NCBI GenBank assembly: GCA_051942245.1
Contig: JAVECL010000141.1
Span: forward strand, 1 to 44,791
Direction of reading: 5' to 3'
Origin: Trypethelium eluteriae
Lineage: Eukaryota
DNA length: 44,791 nt
Both the position numbers and the translations under genes were made by a program. Of this stretch, positions 12,155-24,812 are shown piece after piece (the stretch's first letter is position 1; each line of letters opens with the position of its first letter). The notes beneath the pieces are model-generated. The model did no database searches. It saw nothing but the letters and a program-made list of their open reading frames with translations, and was not told the origin of the DNA.

Positions 12155-14390
12155 CTATATGAGCAATGCACTCTTCTCTATCACTAGCTTGGCAAAATCC
12201 CTCAGCTGCGGACTCTGTAGGATGTCAAAGATAGATAGTTTCGCCTTGATAGTCAAGGTAAGCCAATTACGCAGCTCAACGGCGACCAAAGAGTCGACGC
12301 CATGCACCGCTACCGCAATGTCTAAATCCACATCTTCGACGGATACACTGAACACGGCGGCCAGTCGCGAGGCGAGTGCTTTAGCTACCAGGTCCGTGAA
12401 TTATTGCGTGGACTCTTCCCTTTCCTTGCTGCCGCTACTGCCAGTGATGGCCTGCATAAGCAATGCTGTTGGATCGAATGTGGTACTTTCGGACGAAGGA
12501 GAAGCTGCCGCAGAGAAAGATGCCAATCCGGCCAGACGCAACGTATCAAACCGCCTGTCGCGGCGAAGGATTGTGTTTGCGGGAAGGCGGGCCTAGGGTA
12601 CCAAGTTCACAACGACCTGGGCGTCATCGGGCGTTTTCGTCTTACTTGACGACTTTCGATTCAGATCCATATCGTGCTTAATGGCGGACTCGACGAGGTC
12701 GAGCACGCGATCTACGGGTACGGATACAGTGCTGAGGGCTTCGACACGGTTTTGCGCTTCCGTTTCCTTGCTGATCATGGAGGTTCCGGTAACCCCGGGT
12801 AGATCGAGGCTCACGCCAGCTAGACCAGCTGCAACGCGGTGACGGACTAAGGCGTCCTCAAGTGCGTTTGCAGCAGCGTAATTCACTTGCGAGAGATGCC
12901 CCGCCACGCCGGTTATCGAGGAGAGGAGTACTGATGTTATTTGAGCATCTTTATCTGAGGTCGAGGAAAGGAACTCAATTATCTCTCTAGAAATCAGGCG
13001 TAGGAGCCTCTATATATAGGTTTCGTGCAACTACTACTACTGCTTCAGATCCTGTGATATGTCAGTTCGTCGTCATCCTATCTTCGGATTCCGTGATATG
13101 TCAGTTCGTCGTCATTGTGATGCGGCAGTTGGTTGTCATCGTGATGCGGCAGTTTGTCGTCCTAGCTCAGTGAACAACATCAAGTACGAAGAAAGAGAGA
13201 TCGCGCGGCAGGTGCTTGTGCAGGTTCCTGGTGCCTGCGATCTTTGGCTTCGCTACACGGTTTCATGGAGTATGTGTCATGCGCTCCAGAACGGTATCCT
13301 ACACCACGATTCGATCAGATTAGTTTTGGCGACAAGTGATATTAGGAAATGTTGGATGGTTTCTTTATCTGACTTACCTCAAGAATGGCAGCAGTGTGAA
13401 TGACACCGCGAATTGGAGGCAAAGAACCTGAAACGACACGGAGGACTCTGACGAGGTTTTCTTGGCTTGACACATCGCAGTTGAGAAACAGAAGATGGCA
13501 GCCTTTCGTTGTGGCATCATGTGCCAGGACGTCACAGTAGGATGCATCCCTATGTTACGGGAGAGAACAAGCACGTTCTTTGCGCCTTTGAATATCATCC
13601 AAGACACTACGGCACCGTCAACACCGCCTAAGCACCCAACAATCAGGCAAGTTGCATTCTTATTTTCAAACGAGATCGGCCCTTACGAGGAGTGATCTTC
13701 ACCAGGTCATTAGCTTGGGCAGCAATGACTGCGTTGGAGGTGTCACAGGCAGTTTTGCAGTGGAATCTTAGCAGATGACGCGAAGACTCACTTTTAACAC
13801 CTCCCTCATCGGCCGAACACTGTATTCAGCTAGCTGCAATACTTCGGCGCGCACATACTTGACGCGTCGTGCAGCAAGCGATTTCAAGTCCAGGTTCTGG
13901 TTCGGGACTCCAATGTCGGCTAAGCGACCAAAATGGGCGATGCAGTCAGGAGCGGACTGGAGTAGAGACGCTGTTTGTGGGCAAGTCGAGTTAGCAAAAG
14001 TGACATCTGCTCCCTGACCGTCGGTCTGCCACGATGAAATCAGCAGAACTCATTATATTCCGGCTTGTTAGGCCGCGGCGTGTGAAAAGATGGTACTTCT
14101 CCATCAGGAGGTGTGTCTAGATTTCAGTATCATCGGTAACAGTCCACACATCGGCACCTAGGTAACTCGCAAGCGTAGAGTAGGAGCCGCTTGGCTGCTG
14201 GGATCACTCTCTGGATGTATGATAAGCCCGTTCTCACCCTTTCATAGCCTCGCCACATGGACAAGCGCGTGGTAGGCTGCGGCATAGGCTAACGCAATAC
14301 ACACTGCTTCTTCAAAGGACAAACCATGAGGAATCTTCAAGACGCTGGTCCAATTTGCCCGACCTGTGCTTGCGAATGAGCCCTTTCTCC
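12155..14390 (-). pseudogene. Truncated highly reducing PKS remnant (ER-KR-ACP only)
   Basis: ER fragment (KIPHGLSFEEA..AYHALVHVARL*). KR (LIVGCLGG..GAKNVLVLSR; PKIAGTRNLH..DLSFFVLLSS..QVNYAAAN). ACP (GVDSLVAVELRNW). In-frame stops, frameshifts and a solo-LTR insertion; no KS-AT-DH upstream. Confidence 0.9.
12932..13182. mobile_element. Solo LTR, 251 bp
   Basis: Inverted termini TGATGTT...AACATCA, 5-bp TSD AGTAC (12927-31 and 13183-87), internal TATATATA and short internal duplications. Removing it restores the KR reading frame. Confidence 0.9.
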
Positions 14391-14550
14391 TACAGTCTCG
14401 TCAGATCCAGGGTCGCCTGTAGTTGTTCGTCCACTTGTCCTTTGGGAAACAGTACCGGCACGTCACATTTGCCTCATCGGTACTACTCATAGACTACAAT
14501 CGTGGAGCGGCTGCCAGGTTCTGAAATGTCATGCTAAGATTTCTCGATGC

Positions 14551-15665
14551 TCAAAGCCCAGCCTCAGCTCCTATACCTGGCTTTCTATTCTCCAATATCC
14601 TCAAGGTCTGATCAAAGACCTTTTTCTGCACTCTCTGACCCATATCGGTATAGATCCACGACTCGACGCTCTCAATCTTACCATCGACTACAGACTCTCC
14701 ATTAGAGTTAAAACCCGCACATGCAGCAAGTACCAGTGTCCGAGCACCCACTTCTGTGGTACGCTCGAACCACCGACGAAGGAACGAGACAATGGCGCCA
14801 CTTTTGACCCCACGGTCGAGCTCAGACGTACACAGACCGGGATTGGCGAGGTTTATGATAACGGGCGGAGCACCTGAGTTTGCGACGCTGTGACGGGAGA
14901 CGACTTCTCGAACAACAAGTATTTCAAGGAGCTTGGTGATTTGATAACTGTCGACGAAGCAAGATCAGCGTGCTGGAAAGACAGCTTACAAACCACACCT
15001 GAGGGGACGCGACCTTACCGTTCCCCTCCTTTGTAGGACTTCTCGTCGTTCAGCTGTGCATATATATCCGAAGCGTTAACCTCCTCGAACTTGGTCAGCC
15101 GATGGGCGCCGGAGCTCACGATTGTCAAGGTCGGCAAGGAGTCCGGATATCTCTCCTTGGTCTGGGTCATCTTCGGCAGGAGAGCCATTGCAACTAGACA
15201 GGTGTTGACGACGTTGACCTGAATATTTCGCTCAAATCCCTCGGCCGTAGCCCATGTTCGACTATTAATTCCAGCATTTTCGACAACCTTGTCAACTCGA
15301 GGGAGCTCCGCGTTAACCCGCCTAACGAAACCGAGCGTAGAATCCGTGCTGTCCAGGTCTAGCTGCCATACCTCAACCGCATCTGCATCTTTGCGCTGTT
15401 TGATGCTTTCAACGATGTTTTCTTTCGCTTTCTGACCCTTTGAGATAGTCCGGACTGCAAGAACCATTCGAGCACAGCCGAGGCGGTAGAAATGGCGTGC
15501 AGTTTCCAGGCCAAGACCAACATTGGCTCCGGTAACGATGATGGTCTCGCCAGCAACAGACTGGGTTGGATATTTTGGTGTAACAAAGAGCTGGTCGTAG
15601 ATGAAAGTCACAAGGCCCACCCCAATCTTTGGGTTGATAGAGAATTCTGAAGTCTCAGTCGTCAT
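14551..15665 (-). CDS. Short-chain dehydrogenase/reductase (retinol-DH/WWOX-like), 2 exons
   Basis: TGANVGLG, ENAG, VSSGAH and YQITK (YxxxK) after intron 14948-15018, then NPG. Open to the stop at 14551. Confidence 0.92.
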
Positions 15666-16101
15666 TTTCGGCCAGAGTACTCTGAGCTTGATGGAGGGAA
15701 GAATACTCCGAATGGTGATAGCATAGGAGGGGCATGGAACCTGCCTGATCTCCCACCAGGCTCAGCGCCTCCTGCGCCTCTCACCAGCGTTTCCGCGATC
15801 CAGTGCAGCCGGTCCGGTAGGCACCTTACGCATTATTACCCCCTCCACTAGATGATTTCAGGACACGGAAACTGAGTACTCCGTACTGCTCAAGATAGGG
15901 TGAGGTAGAGAGTCGGGGTAATTAATCATGCCGACCTGATCTTGGTCGGCAGCCACGCAGGCAGTCGTTCCTCCCTTGCGGCTTTTGATGGAACGTGAGG
16001 CACCATCATTGGCGAGCCACTCGGAGCTGACGTATGATTACAGCAGGTGCGCTGTTGAATCAACCGTTGTGTAAGAGTCTGGGTCTATCGTACTTTAGGT
16101 A

Positions 16102-16506
16102 CAGTAGATATTCGATATTACGTAATCCTATATAGTGAAATATGCGATACAACGAAAAATTTTCAGATTCCTAGCAAATTTGTATGGGAATAACGAATTT
16201 ATTCGATACTCGGAGCTTCGTTATTTTTGGCGTGGATTTCGTTATATCGCATAGAGATTTGGTGTATCTAGGCTTATTCTAGCACTTCTCCCTTACCCTT
16301 CATGTGATAATAAGGTAAGATACTAGCCTTTAAGCAGCTAGCGTAGCCTTAGCGCAGTCAGCTGACCTTAATTACTTACAGCTCTTGTAACACTAGGCTC
16401 AGATAGGAAGCTCTATCAGTCACGTGTCAATTCGCTACTACGGATTATTCGCTATTACGTACATAGGTGGACCAGAATTTCGATCCGTTATATCGAATAT
16501 CTACTG
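16102..16506. mobile_element. Non-autonomous Tc1/mariner-type element (MITE-like), 405 bp
   Basis: TIRs CAGTAGATATTCGATAT(T/A)ACG match at 20 of 21 nt; TA on both sides (16100-01, 16507-08); no coding capacity. Confidence 0.85.
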
Positions 16507-16836
16507 TATACTGTACGATAGAGTAGCCGTCCCCATCGTGCCCGCACCCGCCGTGCCGCAATCTGAAGCTACTAGTACTCAACGGCAGCGGCCCGAATAC
16601 GAACGAAAGTGCATCCTTAGACGGCGCGGTTTAAACCCCATTGAGAAATTTATACGGGGAGCTGGCTCCAGCCCAATTTTCGGGAAAATTGGCAGCAATG
16701 ATGAGTTTTGGTCAGGCTCTGGTCTGTGTCACATAGCGTACCCCGGAGTGAAACCCGAGACTGCGCCCACTCCACGATGACCTCTCTGTATGATATTAAT
16801 CTCTTCAAGTTGATTGCTCTACGAGACGTGTATATC

Positions 16837-17451
16837 TCACTTTCCAGACGGCCATTTCAAGTTTGATATTTTGATTCCTCCAGGACTTAGCTTCTGAAAG
16901 ATCTGCTGAGGGTCATATCTTGCCGCCACATCCTTCATCTGCCTCACATTTTCCGTTCCGTAGCTTCCTAGGACGTCTTGCCTCTTGTCTGCATGATTGA
17001 GGTATATCCACAGTAGAAGGCCATTAACGTGAATGTCCCGACCACCTACCCCAGCAAGTCCATGTCCCTGAAGCTCGCCATAGACTTGGCGCTAACGATC
17101 GCTAGGTTTAATGTCAACGGTCTCCGACGCTTCATCAAAGCTTGTCCAGTCCATCAGTCTGAGGTCTATCGTTACGCCCCCTTCGATATTGTTCGTCCCA
17201 GCATACTGTGTGTGGCCACCCTTTCGAATCACAAACTTCTCGCCGGCCACCACAAGAAAACATATTGTCTTGGATTTTCCTTCGGCGGATTTGGGGCGAT
17301 CGACACAGGGAGATGTAAGTTTGGCAGAGTTAGACCAGTAAGTGTCTTGTCGTATTTTGGATCCAGCGTCGCTCGGAAGAGGTATCTGTAGGCCCGCGTT
17401 CATGACGGTTTCCGCCAATGCACATGGCTGATTGTGGACGACGGATCCCAT
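16837..17451 (-). pseudogene. Internally deleted FAD-binding (BBE-like) oxidoreductase
   Basis: N-terminal FVIRKGGH...NNIEGGVTIDL motif fused near 17040 to the C-terminal YLNHAD..QDVLGSYG..N..MK.VAARYDPQQIFQ motif, with stops and frameshifts. Confidence 0.8.
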
Positions 17452-18479
17452 GGCGTCCTCAACATGTTGAGACCGAGGGTTTGGGTTGGACTGGCTGTTT
17501 TGCTCTTACGTGCTGAATGTTACTAAATGCATTTAGGTGTCGACTATCACCTGGTCTAGTGAGGACAAATGCAAGTAACGATTACGCGCAGTAATTTGCT
17601 TTCTACAATTCCCATCGTAATTACCAGCAATGGAGTAGACAGGGCAAAACATAAGCCCGCGATGCCTTACTAGGTAGGTGGATCTTGCTACAAGCATACA
17701 TTAAGGCAAATGGAACATAGATTACGAATAGCGACTGGCTTACCATTGTAATCAGCAATAGGCCAAATAAGCCAAGAGGTGAGATTGCAGGACCTGGGGT
17801 GTACGTTGCAGCACATGAGGATTATTGTACCATAATCAAGAAATAACATGATGATTCCCATTTTTAGCATAGCTCGAATAAGCATGCATAGGAACCCACT
17901 AATGCGACCGATTTGAGGACGGCAAGATCTGGGTTCTGCATGCGCAGAGAAAGCCGTGCCCAAGAGAGGATCGCTAGAAGTCCTTATCAGCCGGAGCCCC
18001 TCGACTTTGCTCGCGCGAAAGGAGCGACATTGGTGCTAATAATTCAGAAGGAGGTATAGGGTGAAAAGCTACCCGTGAATCCTATGATTGTCCACAGTGC
18101 CTTGAGTATGAATGGCCAGCTTTGACTCAGAGCGAAGGGTTTTGGTGTCGGAAACCTCGATCTACGGTCTCCACAGTCTTGAGAACGGTAATCAGGAGCA
18201 ATTTCCTTGGAGGTGGCGGGCGCTGAACGATCAAACCTCCATTGGCTTAGCTTTTAGCACGCGAGTTATTTATATCACTCTTAAGAGTGCTATCATTTAA
18301 GCCAGGGAGACTTTCTTGACGACACTGGATTTTCTGATGGCTTACACACTCGCAATGGCCTTTGTAATGCGCTATTCCATTCCTAATTTGATTGCGTTTG
18401 GTACGATTTATTCGGCTTTGTTTTTGGTTTCCTATCTGCTGGTATCTTCCGAGAAGGAGTATCTACAAACGTTCTCTCT

Positions 18480-20068
18480 TCAATTCTCCACGACTTCAAT
18501 GCCTTTCACCTGCACGGCAAATCCCTCACGGCCCGTGGCACTTAGAGTAACCGTATTCTCGCTTCCCTCATTAAGTTTCAGCGCAACAGGCACTTCCAGA
18601 GCGTATCCTGCCCGCGAATTGAGCGCGGCAATGTTCGTTGCCTTAGGCTCATTATTGACAAAGAGATGCACCTCGCCGTCTTCGCGGTTCCTGACATCGT
18701 ATAGCAGTTTCACCCACTGCGTTCCGCCTGTAGCGGTCACATTGGAAAATGTTATTTCGTCGCCAGGGCTCAAGCTGACAATAGAACGTGTGCTGATAGC
18801 AGCACGGCCGGAGACGGAGGCTACGCTGGCAGGGTATTTGGCCGAGCTGGAAGGTGTGCTGACCACTCCGGTGTTGGGATCAACTTTCCACATGGAGTAG
18901 TACTGGAGCGTTACGGTCTTCGCTCTGTCAGTCGTCAGCATTACTTGATGCCCTTCCCGGTCTGCGCGTATCTCTTTCGGTCTAGACTTACCCAGTATTT
19001 ACGCTCATTGGCAGCCAGGTATAATTGGAACTTGCGCCGCCAGATGAGTCCCATTCGTCGCCCATATAGATGTAAGTGGTGGCCTGCGATCCTGAAACTG
19101 TAAGCTCAAAGGTGTTTTGCGAGTTGTATGTATTTTCGTTTTCCGGTGCAATGTCGCTACCACCAGACCACGGCCCATTTATGGAGGAGGCCGTGAAGAC
19201 TTTATTTGGATTGGCCCTCCAACCCGTCTTGCCCGAGACGATCAGGAAGTATACACCACCTGCTTTAAACATTCCAGGAGCTTCGTAAGCGCCGGCCGCT
19301 GTCACACATTATTAGAGTAACTTAAACACGACTGAGAATGGCTTGCCTAAATCTGAAACCCGGGTTCCAACAGATCCATCTGAATTGATTGCATTGACCT
19401 GCACAACGTTGTGGTCGGCACTTGTAAGCAAATACCAGGTTTCTTAGCGAGTCAGTCATGAGCTTTCATAGCGCTCAAAGTCTCCCTACCTGTCGAGTCG
19501 TCGTAGAACATGCCTGTGTCGGAGTAAGAGTAGCTACTGGGGGGCAAATAGACCTTGGCGTGTTGCGTATACCCTCCAACCAAGGAACTGGAGACCAATG
19601 AATCGGCATAACGGTCTTGCTGACCAAAGATCTATTCCGTTTAGCATTGCTCCTGAATACGTGTTCAAATATGCGTTCCGTCTGTTATTTGTTCAATGGA
19701 AAACCATGCTTACCCAGTACTCGCCATTGGGCTTGGCGTACTTAGGTCTCCACAGTTGCGTTATGCTTGCTTGAACACCTAGATTTTCCCAGTTGAGGAG
19801 GTCCGTTGACGAGTACATCTGAGGAGCAATGTCTCCGGTGAAGTCAGCACCCATTCGAGAGCGGTAACGAATACTCTCGTGACTAACTATTACTAACGCT
19901 TTGGCCCAACCAATAAAAAGTATTCCCTCTCTTGACGATTCCACCGCCGTGGGCATCGATTTTCTTGCCGGCCGTATCATACCATGCTGCGCCTGGAACA
20001 ATCCAGTTTGTCGCTCCGAACGCGCCAGGAGCCGCAAGAAGGGCCACCAAAAATTTGGCCGAAAGCAT
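18480..20068 (-). CDS. Secreted GH43 (subfamily 24-like) exo-beta-1,3-galactanase with C-terminal CBM35, multi-exon
   Basis: Signal peptide MLSAKFLVALL; IVPGAAWYDTAGKKIDAHGGG, YSSTDLLNW, YEAPG, SGKTGWRANPN, TYNSQ, YMGDEW motifs; C-terminal beta-sandwich (FSNV..GGTQWV.L.Y..VPVALKLNEG.ENT); several short introns. Confidence 0.85.
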
Positions 20069-20669
20069 CCCAATGGGACTGAATATAAACATAGTCTTGA
20101 ATGATTCAAAAAAGCCCAGCTGCATAGCCTTTTAAAGAGGTATCCAGGAGATCATGGTCCGCTAGGCTCGAAAGTCACACGGCCATTGTCGTACTTACCA
20201 TTTGACAGCAGAATGTAACCTAGGCCAGGAACGACCTCTGACCCAGCCCATGTTGCCAAGAAACAGGACTATGGGAATACAAGGGACTTAATTTTTGGAG
20301 AGTCGTTGTCAACTTCATGATTGTCGGAAAAATCATTAACTTACTAGAGCGGATGCGGGGACGCTGCTTTGGGTAATATCATAGGGCAAAAAGGGTGTAG
20401 ATTGTTTTAGACTCCCCGCCATCTAGCAGACAGTTCCCTGAGCGGCGTTTCATATGATATGAGGCGATCAGTATACATGCACAGGAGATCTTCAGGCCGC
20501 ACACCCCACCAATGATTTCCGAGGGTTTATTCAAGCCTTTTACCCCAGACCCCATCACGCGAAGCCCCAGATTTGAACGACCTCCGGCTCAAGGCGGCAG
20601 GACTTGTGGCGATTTTCAATGGGTAGACCACGACCTGACCTCCAGGGTGTGTATACGTGCGTGACGTGA

Positions 20670-20733
20670 TACGGTGTACGGTGTACGGTGTACAGTACAG
20701 TGCAAAAGATGAAGAGAAGGCGAAGGCGAAGGC
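20670..20733. repeat. Short microsatellites (TACGGTG)x3 and (GAAGGC)x3
   Basis: Read directly at 20670-20690 and 20716-20733. Confidence 0.8.
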
Positions 20734-22114
20734 AGGAGAATGCTGGTGGTGCGCGCATGCTCCGATTGGCCGAGTAGCCGAAGCAAAGTCTACCTACCAG
20801 GGTATGCAGCAGCAGCTCAAAAACATCAATTACTTGCTCCTGCAATGAGCGACAGGACCAGAAGCAACATTCAGGTCGTCTGGCATCCTGTGTTTGAATT
20901 TGTTCCCATCCAGGATTGATGAAAGCGGCGCGAAACGTCATCCTCAATTCGCCTTTACGTTCTGGCAGCGACATGGTGCAAATAAACAAGTTGGTAGAGA
21001 TGAGATGTCAGGAGTGCTCAGCACAACGGGGTAGCTCTACGGATTGAGGATTGGCATCTTGAATAACGGAACTAGTTGTGAGCCTCATGTGGTCTTCATC
21101 GGAGCTTAGCAGTGCTGTCTTAATACTTCTACAGGGCGGCTCTAGGTCACTCCATCGAAACTTATATGCACGCCCGATCTACAATGATTGTGAGCACCCT
21201 ATACAACATCCGAAGAGTCTTGCATCACGGCCAATGGTATACACGACAGTGATTCCGTCTCCGCTGCGACTTTGATGCGATACCAATCAAGAAGACGAGA
21301 TTACGGGAACGATGCAGAGACGAACGATAAACGATCGCAGCTCTACCATAGTTATTTTAAGCCTAGCTATGCCCCCTTTGAATCTCGATCGGCACTTGCG
21401 TCTTCCATGGAGCTACTGAGAGTTGTTCTGACGTCGCGAACTCACTGCAGCCGGAATCGTTGTTCTCAGGAAGATGTATGGGGCGTCGACATCACGGAAA
21501 GATGAGGATATCTCAGCGGTATATATTCCACCTGGATATCAAGAAGGAATTGAGCCAAGCTCGTAATTGGAGCATTCACGAAACCTACCAAGTACTGATA
21601 GGATCTCGCGAGCCATCCTAGATTCGCTTCATCCAGCCGCTCTCAAATAGCTCAAGGCTATACACCTATGAATTGGCCTTGTCCACCGCAGCACGTCGGT
21701 TTCGCGGCATCTCTCGGAACCTCTGGTCTCCTCCGTCTTGTCGCGTCCACGGAGCTAACACGAGCAACGTGCCCAAGTCTATTGTCAGTCGCATTTAGTA
21801 ACAAATCCCTTAGCGCCGGAATTTTTAAGGCTGTAGCGACCCATGAGACAGAATCTTCTTTTCACACCACTTATTCCGTACGTTCTGCGGGCGCAGTGGT
21901 TCGTGGGCCTGTAATTTCTTGAACACTGAGACCCTGTATAGGCCTGGATTTTGGCTGTTTTTGAGGCCGCTGGTCGAAATTCCCGCAACGAAACTTGTCC
22001 AAAACACATTCAAGCTTGCGATTACTTCAGTCATCCGAAATCGCAGCATCAGCGAAAGAAGATTGGGTAAGAAGCAATCCACTAGAAATATTGTCTAGAA
22101 TATCACTTTCTGTG

Positions 22115-23698
22115 TCATTTGCTATCATCCCCTTTGACATCGTTTTCCGTTGCATTGTTCACGTGCTCTTGCATCTGGGGTTTCACTTGTTGTGTTGTGG
22201 TCTTATCCAGGGTACGAATCTCAGCTTCGGTGACCCCTCCGTACTTCCTTGCAAAGAGGAAATCTAACTCTTCAAGTGACCAACTCTTTGTCTCCGGGTA
22301 GCAAAAATAAACAATGAGGGTGCTGCAGAGATTGAAGCAGGCCAAGATGATATAAAATCTGTAGCCAATATTGGCTAACGCAGTGGGTGTGATCTCCACA
22401 ATCAAGAATTGAAAGAGCCAGTAGCAAATATTCCCCAAGGCTAACCCCTTTTCACGAATTTGTAAAGGAAGTATCTCAGCAGGATACGCCCACGACGGGC
22501 CAAGCCATGTTGCTGCGTTGACACCGTAATACAGGAACATCACTACGAGAGCTGCGATACCGTAAACCTTCGAATCATGTGTCGGACCCAGAGCAAGGAG
22601 AGCAGCAATAATTGCAAAGGATGCAGTTTGATAGGCTGCGCCGAACACGAGGAATGGCCTCCTCCCGTAGTAGTCAATCGCCAGAACTGGGACTAAAGCA
22701 AAAAGGATTGAATCAACAGACGTTAGCCCCGAAATCCAGAGAGATTGCGTGTGGTTTGCTCCAATGAATTTTTGCGTTAAAGTGGGAAAATAATATGTCA
22801 CTGAGTTGATTCCTGTCATATATTACAAGGTCAGAGTCCTACATCAACATACATTTGCGGTTTTGAGAGACTGATACCATTGAGTTGGTGCATGACCATA
22901 ATACCACAGGCAAGACATAGTCGTCGAAAGTTTTGAGCGGATCCAGCAGTGAATAGCGAGCGGAATTCGTTTGTTGTCTTCTGTTTCTCGAGTGTGTCAG
23001 CCTCCACGATTTTTGCAAGACGCTCCGAAGCCCTTTCTGGCCCCTGCAGGCGTATGAGAACCTCGAGAGCCTCATCAAAGTCGCCGTGTTTGACAAGCCA
23101 TCGCGGAGATTCGGGAAGCAAAGGGATCAAGAATCCCGAGACGGCAAGAAACACTACTTGAAATGCGATTGGGAAAGCAAAACCGACGCGACCTGTGGTG
23201 TTGTGAAATCCGTAATTGATCCACTGAGCAAAAAAAAAGTCCAAGGGCGGCTCCACCCAGCAGTTGCAACGTCAGCCATCTGCCGCGAGTTTTCGCTGGG
23301 ACGGTCTCCGCTTGATATATCCCAACAGTCGAGGTCATTAAACCAACGCCAAGTCCGCAGATAATGCGTCCAGCGATGAGCTCGCCCATGTTAGTGGTCG
23401 CGGACTGAACGATTGCACCAACAAGGCAGATACCAATGCCTGAAAGAATTGTCCTCTTACGACCCAACTTACTGCCACAGAAAAAAGCAGTCGTGCTTCC
23501 AAGAAAACCTCCAACGTTGTACAAGGCACTGATGGTACCCAAGAGACTCGAGCTTGGGTGATGAAAGGTCTTCAAAAACCAAGGGTTTACGATGATCCCG
23601 GAAAAGACTCCATTATCATAGCCGAAAAGAAGAAATCCACAGCATGAGGCAATTGTGATGAGAACCAGGAGCAATGAACCTTTCAACAATCGCAGCAT
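22115..23698 (-). CDS. MFS sugar porter, with an apparent +1 frameshift in an A9 run
   Basis: FGYDNGV, GRK, GRIICGLGVG, PESPRWL, QLNG|INSVTYY (across an intron), GRRP, YPAEILP..R.KG and PETK motifs. The frame changes at 23230-23238. Confidence 0.88.
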
Positions 23699-24812
23699 TT
23701 CAGATTAACGAGTCTGTTCGAGAGGCTGGTTGGAGTCGTCGATTGAGGCTATCTCACATTAATCGTGAGCAAGAAGAGCTTCCAGAGTCATTGCGATGGG
23801 GACCTGAGGAGTGCAACCGTCAAATTAAAGACAAAATACTTCCCCGCACGGTCGTTTCAGTTCCGTGGTGCTATTGCGTAGCACATGGTTCATGGGATGA
23901 GAAGCAGGCGCATCAGATCCCAGATCCCACGCTTCCCTTGCAGGCCGCGCCGGATTCTTTGCAGGAGTCGGTTCTGAGGCTCTTGGCCCGAAATAGAAAG
24001 CGATGTTTTTATCGTACCACATTGACCTAGAATCTACAACAGTAACAAGGGAGTTCGGAGCGAAGCCTAACATGAGCGATGACTCAATACTGCAAGGGTA
24101 TTCTCGTTTCAATATGTGCTCTGAAGGAAGCGGGGAAGGTTCTACTTCGGATTGAGGAAATGCTTATGAGACATTGCGGCTGGGTCTACAATGCTGTGGG
24201 ACAAATTCTGTCGCATGGATCTGCACCGAGGATCTACAATTCCCCGATTTCACTACCGAACAAAAATGAGGAGGAGAACCATGCTTGCCGCGTACTCTGA
24301 CCATCACCATCTTGGACTTAGCGCACCCTTGTAAGCCTTCCGCTGGCCCACACGACGATGAGCGCTCAAAAAGGATTGCCCTCTGGACATTTCCCCCGCT
24401 TTGAGTTGGCATCGCAACAGAATTCATGCTTTGACAACTCGTTTCTCAGGCTTGAACGCGTCGTATGGAGAGCTAAAGTATAGTATCAGCCGACTTGCCG
24501 TTTTTCGAGTCATACAAAACTCCGTCTGCTCGATAACTAGATACTTAACGACTTTGTTTCTTCGGGTCAGCCTGTTAGCACATCCCGAACCTTTCGTATT
24601 TCCCTTTCACAATCCCTATTGTCAAGAAGATACTCAACCAAGTTTATTCCATAGACTGCTGTTTCCTTCACCAGCTTGAAAAGTTGGTCAATCTCCCCAA
24701 AGAGTTGCCATAGCCGGAGGGCTCCAGGTAAGGAAAGGCATCCATTTTGGTTCAATCTCCGGTTGAAATTTATTCTGTAAACATTCATATCCCAATCAAG
24801 GAGGCGAAAAGA

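Noticed and set aside
12093..12596. 167-aa plus-strand ORF
   Set aside because: Antisense shadow of the PKS KR-ACP remnant.
13054..13160. Short direct repeats and ORF 13059-13403, superficially CRISPR-like or a repeat peptide
   Set aside because: Internal duplications of the solo LTR; only two copies each, in a eukaryotic context.
18316..18900. 194-aa plus-strand ORF with a hydrophobic N-terminus
   Set aside because: Antisense to the galactanase CBM35 exon, with a non-ATG start.
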